Of a stretch of DNA of 64,000 bases, positions 57,607 to 64,000 are shown one piece after another. Source of the DNA: Candidatus Latescibacterota bacterium (GTDB lineage: Bacteria; Latescibacterota; UBA2968; UBA8231); NCBI GenBank assembly GCA_965215195.1, contig CBDCDC010000002.1, forward strand, positions 3,264,001 through 3,328,000. The letters are read 5' to 3'. The position numbers and the translations under genes were made by a program. The notes beneath the pieces were generated by a model. That model did no database searches. It saw nothing but the letters and a program-made list of their open reading frames with translations, and had not been told where the DNA came from. Every line of letters starts with the position of its first letter. Position 1 is the first letter of the stretch.

Positions 57607-60227
57607 GGCTCTTTCTCTTCGCCTTGCGGCAATCCAAACGGCACGGCCAGCTCGACCCAAGACTTGATTTCCTCGCCGTTGCGGCGCACCGCGGGATAGA
57701 AGCTATAGCCATACGCCGCGGCCACCGCGCTCTCGACGAAAGGAGGGTCTCCGCGAAAGACCTCCACTTGCTCGGGCCGCCCCTCGCGGTCGATTAGCAC
57801 GTCGAGCAACACCTCGGCCGAATCCCCGGCAGCCGCCGGATAGACGGGCCGCACCACCTGCCGGACCAGCGGCCAATCACTCAGCGACAGGTCGGCCTCC
57901 TTCCACCCTAGCTCGTCGGGGGGAATCGCCAAGTCGAGCGCGATCATCGCTTCTATATCCAAGTCCTCTCGGTCCTGGCCCGCCTGAAAATCCGGGTGTT
58001 TCTCCAGCAGGAAGCGGATTTGCGGGCTGTTGCGATCGCGCCGCGCGACCTCCCGCAGGTAGTGGTTGGCCGAGTCCTCTAGGCCCTGCTCGGCAAAGGC
58101 GCGCCAGAGCCGGTAGTAGAGGTTGAGGTTGCGCTTGTCAAAGGACAGGGCTTGGCGGTAAAACTCGGTGGCGTCGTCGTAATAGCCTTCCTCCCAGTTG
58201 ATATTGCCAAGTTGGTACAGGGCGCGCGGGTTGGCGGCCTGCTGGTCGATGCTCCGCTCGAAAAAATCGCGGGCTAGCGCGGCGGCCCCGCGCCGCTGGG
58301 CGCGCTCGGCAAAGCCGATGTATTTGCGCGCCAAGGCCACCGAGTCGAGCGTGTCTGGCTCCAAGGCGAGCAGCTCGATTCGCTCCCCCGGGCCGAGCTG
58401 GCCGCCGACCGCCTTCAGGCTGCGCTCCAGCTTGTCGATGAGCTTTTCTTCGCGCACTTCCCGCCGCTGCTGGGCCAGCTTGCCAAACCGCGTCTCGGCG
58501 AACTCTTCGCGCAACAATTGATAGCGCTGCTCGGCCGCGACCGTATCCCCGACCACATTCTCGTAGGTATTGGCCGCCAAAAACGCCGCTTGCGCCCCGG
58601 TGTGCGTTCCGGCGAAGGCATGGCTCAAACTGTCCAACAGGGGGATGTACGCCTCGGTGTTTTCAGGCTGCGCTAAGCGCAGTGTTTCGATCCGCGCAAA
58701 CGCGCGGGCCGCCAGCTCTTCGGCGGTGACCTCGGACTTTTGCCCCAGCAGACGGCGGGCCTCGTTGGCATGGGCCGTGGTGGGAAACTCCTCGATTAGC
58801 CGCAGCAAATAGGGCTTAGCGCCCTGTTCGTCGCCGCGCATTTGCAGCTCGATCCAAGCGAGGCTGTACACGGCGCGGGGCAATTGGTCGCTGTGGGGGA
58901 AGCGGCGGATTACCTCCTCGTAGTACGCGCGGGCCGAATCGGCTTGGCCGATGTCGTCGCGATACAGCTCGCACGCGCTGAACAGGTCGTCCAGCACATC
59001 CAAACTCCGCGCCACCACCACTGTGTCGGCCGGGGCCTCCTCTGCCTGCCACAACAGCGGGCCCTGTACGACGCCCAGCGAGTCGGCGTAGAGCGAATCG
59101 GCGCGGTGGACCTCGCGCTGGAACTGCTGCAGCCGGCGCATGTGCCCCAGCATCTCCTGCGCCAAGAGCACGCCTTGGGCTCCCGGGCTCTCGCGGCTGC
59201 TTTCTTCAAGGTACTCGCGCGCCAGCTCGGTATCCCCGTATTCCTGCAGATGCAGCAAACCAATGCGATACAGGGCCATGGACGCCGAGGACGTCTGGGG
59301 AAAGTCGTTGCGCACCTGCTCGTACTCGGCCAGCGCCTCGTCGAGCAAGCGGCGGCCCTGATACCACTCGCCGATTAGGAGCCGGGTGCGGCCCTCAAAG
59401 CGGCGAAAGCGGCCCTCGTCGAGCAGGCTGACGTATGTGGCTAGGGCCTCTTCCTGCGCGCCCGTGGCGTAGAGCGCACGGCCGCTGTTGAGCTGGGCGC
59501 GGTACTTTTGATCCGCGCTTGGATCGGCCTGCTGCACCTCGCCGAAGGCCGCTAGGGCCTCGTCTAAGCGGGCCGGGTCCTCTAAGGCCATCAGGGCCTC
59601 GCCCAAGCGCAACCACAACTGGGCGCGCACCGCGCTCTTGGGAAAGGCCGTTAGCGTCGCCCGATATTCCCGCATGGCCGCGACGTAGTCCTCGCGGTCG
59701 TGCGCCATCTCGGCCAAGCGCAGGCCCGCTTGGACGGCGATCTTTTCTTTGGCCTCGTCAAAAAGCGCTCGGTAGAGCGACTGGGCTTGGTCGTCAATCT
59801 GCTGCTCCTCTAGGCAGCGGGCGCGCCAGTAGCGGGCTTGGTCGAAGTGCGGACTGGACGGGAAAAAGGTCTCCAAGTCGCGGAACGACTCTTGGGCGTT
59901 GAGGTATTCGCCGCGCCAGTAATACGCCCGGCCGATCAGGAACATGGCGTCGTCGACCAAGTCGCTCTCCTTGTACTCGTCGAGCACCTTGGACGCCTTG
60001 CGCACCGCTTTGTCGTAGAGTTGGTCGGCCTGCGGCGAGCGCCGCCGCTGCAATTCGGGACCGGCCCGGTCAAAGGCCCAGTCGGCGTAGGTCTCTTCGT
60101 GTTTGCGCCGCTCTTTCTCGGCCTCGCGGAACAGTTTCTTGGCGTTGTAAAACGTATTGAAATAGACGCAGGCCGAAATCGCCAGACAACAAGCCAGCAA
60201 CAGGCGGCAGGTGGGCGCAATCGTCAC
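57603..60227 (-). CDS. TPR lipoprotein with C-terminal TonB_C-like domain
   Basis: Lipobox ISAC, YFNTFYNA, many TPRs (FP.S motifs), C-terminal P.YP...VLID.EG...AA..Y.F.PA...G...V.F. Confidence 0.75.
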   Translation of the reverse strand: MTIAPTCRLLLACCLAISACVYFNTFYNAKKLFREAEKERRKHEETYADWAFDRAGPELQRRRSPQADQLYDKAVRKASKVLDEYKESDLVDDAMFLIGRAYYWRGEYLNAQESFRDLETFFPSSPHFDQARYWRARCLEEQQIDDQAQSLYRALFDEAKEKIAVQAGLRLAEMAHDREDYVAAMREYRATLTAFPKSAVRAQLWLRLGEALMALEDPARLDEALAAFGEVQQADPSADQKYRAQLNSGRALYATGAQEEALATYVSLLDEGRFRRFEGRTRLLIGEWYQGRRLLDEALAEYEQVRNDFPQTSSASMALYRIGLLHLQEYGDTELAREYLEESSRESPGAQGVLLAQEMLGHMRRLQQFQREVHRADSLYADSLGVVQGPLLWQAEEAPADTVVVARSLDVLDDLFSACELYRDDIGQADSARAYYEEVIRRFPHSDQLPRAVYSLAWIELQMRGDEQGAKPYLLRLIEEFPTTAHANEARRLLGQKSEVTAEELAARAFARIETLRLAQPENTEAYIPLLDSLSHAFAGTHTGAQAAFLAANTYENVVGDTVAAEQRYQLLREEFAETRFGKLAQQRREVREEKLIDKLERSLKAVGGQLGPGERIELLALEPDTLDSVALARKYIGFAERAQRRGAAALARDFFERSIDQQAANPRALYQLGNINWEEGYYDDATEFYRQALSFDKRNLNLYYRLWRAFAEQGLEDSANHYLREVARRDRNSPQIRFLLEKHPDFQAGQDREDLDIEAMIALDLAIPPDELGWKEADLSLSDWPLVRQVVRPVYPAAAGDSAEVLLDVLIDREGRPEQVEVFRGDPPFVESAVAAAYGYSFYPAVRRNGEEIKSWVELAVPFGLPQGEEKEP

Positions 60228-60237
60228 GGGCCGTCTC

Positions 60238-63200
60238 CTAGCCCCGATGGTAATCCTGCAGGGACTGCACGCCTAGCTCGGCGCGTTGCAGGGCCTCAAT
60301 ACCCGCGGCCGCGGCCCGGGCCCCGGCCATCGTCGTGGTGTAGGGTACGCCGGTTACAACTGCGGCCCGGCGCACTGCAAAGTCGTCGTAGTGCGAAGGC
60401 TCGTCGAGGGGGGTGTTGATAATCAGGTCGATCTGGCGGCTGCGAATCGCGTCTTCGATGTGCGGGCGGCCCTCGTGGATTTTGTGTACCCGCTCGGCGG
60501 CGATGCCGTGCTGGCCGAGGAAGTCGCGCGTACCCTGCGTGGCCACCAACTCGAACCCGGCCGCGCACAGCCGGCGCGCCACCGGCAAGACCTCCTCTTT
60601 ATCGCAGTCGGCCACGCTGATAAAGATCCGCCCGCGCGACGGCAGCAGCGAACCCGCCCCCATCTGCGCCTTGAGAAAGGCCGTGCCAAAGTCGCGGCCA
60701 ATGCCCATGACTTCGCCGGTGGACTTCATCTCCGGCCCTAGCAGGCTATCGGCCCCGGGGAATTTTATAAAGGGCAGCACGGCCTCCTTGACGGATATGT
60801 GCGCGGGCGCGACCTCCTCCATAAAGCCCTGCTCGCGCAAGCTCATCCCCACCATGGCTCGCGCGGCGATCTTGGCCAGCGGGCGGCCAATGGCCTTGCT
60901 GACAAAAGGCACGGTGCGCGAAGCGCGGGGATTTACTTCAATCGCATAGACCTCGCCTTGATAGACGGCGTATTGCACGTTCATCAGGCCGATCACCCCG
61001 AGGGCGCGCGCCAGTGCGTGGGTGCATTCGCGCATGGTCTCGATGTGTTTGGCCGGCGTGTCGTAGGGCGGCAGGGCGCAGGCGCTGTCGCCCGAATGGA
61101 CGCCAGCGTGCTCAATGTGCTGCATGATCCCGCCGACGACCACGTCCGTCCCGTCGGCCACGGCATCCACGTCGAATTCCTCCGCGCCTTGCAAGTAGCG
61201 GTCGATGAGCACGGGCCGCTCGGGCGCTATCTCAATGGCCTCGTTCATGTAGGTTTCGAGGCCCCGGACATCGTAGGCCACGACCATGGCCCGCCCGCCC
61301 AGCACATAGGAAGGCCGCACCAAGACCGGGAAGCCGATCTGCTCGGCAACCGCGCAGGCCTCGGCACAACTGGCGGCCATGCCATTGGCCGGCTGGCGGA
61401 TGCCCAGCTCGTTGAGCAGTTGGCCGAAGCGCTGGCGATCCTCGGCCAAGTCGATGCTGCTGGGCGAGGTGCCGATAATGGGCACACCCTCGCGCTCTAG
61501 TTCGGCCGCCAAGTTCAGCGGGGTCTGCCCCCCGAACTGCACGATGACGCCGTCTGGGGCTTCGCGCTCGACGATGTGCAGCACGTCTTCGATGGTCAGC
61601 GGCTCAAAGTAGAGCTTGTCGGCCGTGTCGTAATCCGTGCTGACCGTCTCGGGATTGGAGTTGACCATGATGGTCTCATAGCCGATTTCGCGCAGGGCGA
61701 AACACGCGTGTACGCAGCAGTAATCGAACTCGATCCCCTGGCCGATGCGGTTCGGCCCCCCGCCGAGGATGGCGATTTTCTTGCGCGGCGAGCGCTGCAC
61801 CTCGTCCTCGCGGTCGTACGTGGAATAGTGGTAGGGCGTGTGGGCCTCGAACTCAGCGGCGCAGGTATCGACCGTTTTGTACACCGGGCGAATGGCCAAA
61901 TCGAGGCGACGGCGGCGGACGCCAGTCTCGTCGCAGCCCTTGAGATGCGCTAGCTGGCGGTCGCTAAATCCCCACTCCTTGGCGCGGCGCAACAAGGCCG
62001 CGTCGGCGAGCACGTCTGCCCGCGCTAGCTGTTGTTCGAGTTCAAAAAGCTGGTAGAGCTGGTCGAGAAACCACGGATCAATGCCCGTGAGGCCGTAGAT
62101 CTCGTCGTGGGTGTAGCCTTTGGCAATGGCCAGCTTGAGGTAGGACATGCGCTGGGAGTTGGGACGCAGCAATTTTTCGCGCAGTTCCTTGTCGGCCACC
62201 TTGGCCGCGCTGAGGTCCTTGCCGTCGGCACCAAAACCCGCCCGGCCAACCTCCAGCGAGCGCAGGCCCTTTTGCAGGGACTCCTTAAAGGTGCGGCCAA
62301 TGGCCATGGTTTCTCCCACCGAGCGCATCTGGGTGTCGAGTGCATCCGGCGTGCTGGGAAATTTCTCAAAGGTAAAGCGCGGAATTTTGGTCACCACGTA
62401 GTCGATGGTCGGCTCAAAGGAGGCCGGGGTCTCGCGAGTAATGTCGTTGCGGATTTCGTCCAGACTGTAGCCCACGGCCAGTTTGGCGGCGATCTTGGCG
62501 ATGGGAAAGCCCGTTGCCTTGGACGCCAGCGCCGAGGAGCGCGAGACCCGGGGGTTCATCTCGATGACGACCATGCGGCCGTCTGCGGGATTGACCGCGA
62601 ACTGGATATTGGACCCGCCGGTATCTACGCCGATCTCGCGCATGATGCCGATGGCCGCGTCGCGCATGTGCTGATATTCCTTGTCGGACAAGGTCTGGGC
62701 CGGCGCGACCGTGATGCTGTCGCCGGTGTGGATCCCCATGGGGTCGAAGTTTTCAATCGAGCAGATAATGACCACGTTGTCGCGGTGGTCGCGCATGACC
62801 TCCAGTTCAAATTCCTTCCACCCAATGACCGATTCCTCGATTAGCACCTCGTCGATCGGACTTAGGTCGAGGCCGTGGCGCACGATCCGCTCGAATTCCT
62901 CGGCATTGTACGCCACGCCGCCGCCAGAGCCTCCGAGGGTAAAAGAGGGGCGGATGATCGTCGGATAGCCCAAGTCGGCTTGGTGCTTTTGGGCCTCTGC
63001 GAGGCTGTGGACAAAGGCCCCGCGCGGCATGGCCAACCCGGCCCGATCCATGGCGGCTTTGAAGAGTTGGCGGTCTTCGGCCATCTGGATGGCCGCGAGG
63101 GGAGCGCCGATCAGCTCGACGTTGTGCTCGGCGAGGGTGCCGCTTTCGGCCAAGGCCACCGCTGTGTTGAGCGCGGTTTGGCCCCCGAGCGTCGGCAGGA

Positions 63201-63456
63201 GGGCCTGCGGCTTTTCCGCGGCCATGATCCGCGCACAAATTTCCGGCGTAATCGGCTCAATGTAGGTCCGGTCGGCCACCTCGGGATCGGTCATAATCGT
63301 GGCCGGATTGCTGTTGACCAAGACGATGTCGTAGCCCTCTTCAGCTAGCGCCTTACAGGCTTGCGTTCCCGAATAGTCGAACTCGCAGGCTTGGCCAATG
63401 ACGATGGGGCCAGAGCCGATGAGCATTATTTTTTGAATGTCTGTGCGTTTGGGCAT
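60238..63456 (-). CDS. carB: Carbamoyl-phosphate synthase large subunit
   Basis: [58 protein letters not shown]-terminal MGS domain. Confidence 0.98.
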   Translation of the reverse strand: MPKRTDIQKIMLIGSGPIVIGQACEFDYSGTQACKALAEEGYDIVLVNSNPATIMTDPEVADRTYIEPITPEICARIMAAEKPQALLPTLGGQTALNTAVALAESGTLAEHNVELIGAPLAAIQMAEDRQLFKAAMDRAGLAMPRGAFVHSLAEAQKHQADLGYPTIIRPSFTLGGSGGGVAYNAEEFERIVRHGLDLSPIDEVLIEESVIGWKEFELEVMRDHRDNVVIICSIENFDPMGIHTGDSITVAPAQTLSDKEYQHMRDAAIGIMREIGVDTGGSNIQFAVNPADGRMVVIEMNPRVSRSSALASKATGFPIAKIAAKLAVGYSLDEIRNDITRETPASFEPTIDYVVTKIPRFTFEKFPSTPDALDTQMRSVGETMAIGRTFKESLQKGLRSLEVGRAGFGADGKDLSAAKVADKELREKLLRPNSQRMSYLKLAIAKGYTHDEIYGLTGIDPWFLDQLYQLFELEQQLARADVLADAALLRRAKEWGFSDRQLAHLKGCDETGVRRRRLDLAIRPVYKTVDTCAAEFEAHTPYHYSTYDREDEVQRSPRKKIAILGGGPNRIGQGIEFDYCCVHACFALREIGYETIMVNSNPETVSTDYDTADKLYFEPLTIEDVLHIVEREAPDGVIVQFGGQTPLNLAAELEREGVPIIGTSPSSIDLAEDRQRFGQLLNELGIRQPANGMAASCAEACAVAEQIGFPVLVRPSYVLGGRAMVVAYDVRGLETYMNEAIEIAPERPVLIDRYLQGAEEFDVDAVADGTDVVVGGIMQHIEHAGVHSGDSACALPPYDTPAKHIETMRECTHALARALGVIGLMNVQYAVYQGEVYAIEVNPRASRTVPFVSKAIGRPLAKIAARAMVGMSLREQGFMEEVAPAHISVKEAVLPFIKFPGADSLLGPEMKSTGEVMGIGRDFGTAFLKAQMGAGSLLPSRGRIFISVADCDKEEVLPVARRLCAAGFELVATQGTRDFLGQHGIAAERVHKIHEGRPHIEDAIRSRQIDLIINTPLDEPSHYDDFAVRRAAVVTGVPYTTTMAGARAAAAGIEALQRAELGVQSLQDYHRG

Positions 63457-63482
63457 GGAGTGCTTTCGACAGAGCAGCAGGA

Positions 63483-64000
63483 TCAAAGGAGGGGAAGCTG
63501 GGCGGTGGGTGCTGCGTTGGCCTGCGAGTGGTTCGAGTACGTGTCCCACTTAGGGGAGTACGCGTCGGCCTGATCCCCCCACCCGAACCAACCTTTCCGC
63601 GGCCCTCGTGCGAACAACTCGATGAAGGGACCCGGACTACACGCCTCGATCAAATCGTACTGTTCGTCCGGCTTCCTGCTGTGTTCTCGCTTTTGCGAGA
63701 CGATGATGTTTTCTTGACTTCGCCCGGGCTGTAGCGTTCTGGCGTTTTTGCCCCGGATGCCGAACAGGATCATTTCCGTCACATTGCGAAAGTAGAATCC
63801 CACGCCCCGCCGATCTGGCCCCCCGTCCTTTCGCACTTTGTACCAGACGATGTTCGTCTTGTAATTGAATCCCCAACTATCCATCACACGCAGCCCATGC
63901 GCCAACAGCGCGTTGGGTATCCACAGGTACAGGTGCGCGGTTTCCATCGCAATTGATTCGACCGGCAAGCTCTCAATGTCCTGCAAGGCCATCGTCGAAT
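63483..64000 (-). CDS. MT-A70 family adenine methyltransferase (5' end outside window)
   Basis: [47 protein letters not shown]. Confidence 0.88.
   Translation of the reverse strand, partial: STMALQDIESLPVESIAMETAHLYLWIPNALLAHGLRVMDSWGFNYKTNIVWYKVRKDGGPDRRGVGFYFRNVTEMILFGIRGKNARTLQPGRSQENIIVSQKREHSRKPDEQYDLIEACSPGPFIELFARGPRKGWFGWGDQADAYSPKWDTYSNHSQANAAPTAQLPLL

Noticed and set aside
12784-63348. Many Arg/Pro/Gly-rich overlapping ORFs in the six-frame track
   Set aside because: Typical shadow ORFs of GC-rich coding DNA with no recognisable motifs.

Overview
GC-rich bacterial window; the gene content suggests an FCB-group organism, most like Ca. Latescibacterota and possibly host-associated (inference, no database used). 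Housekeeping genes: carB-TPR/TonB_C-pyrK-pyrD, a stand-alone rplC, HIT, pcm, GT2 and GT9. Catabolic genes: PhyH, dgcN-dgcA, C39 peptidase, PfkB, amidohydrolase, sugar epimerase and an MFS-HEAT fusion. Accessory or decaying material: a Phd/YefM-RelE TA pair, an SNF2 helicase flanked by Fic and HEPN-like gene ruins, AAA_14/DUF4143 genes, an IS5 remnant beside a foreign ABC exporter, and an MT-A70 methylase. The best candidate for an undescribed system is the co-oriented 24.5-39.7 kb cluster. It encodes a secreted CBM9/DOMON-like protein with a 'SWGRIK' tail, three paralogous secreted proteins with T9SS-type-B/FlgD-like 'NPFTPNGDGVND...Y' C-terminal domains (a fourth at 1-2165), a parvulin lipoprotein, an 887-aa putative outer-membrane protein and a GT-C/TPR glycosyltransferase. 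Upstream lies a DUF6785-like/GMC/GT-C membrane cluster. Other notable signals: a short 6S-like RNA, a structured 400-bp intergenic element, and apparent strong CCWGG depletion with excess CTAG/CCAAG/CTTGG.
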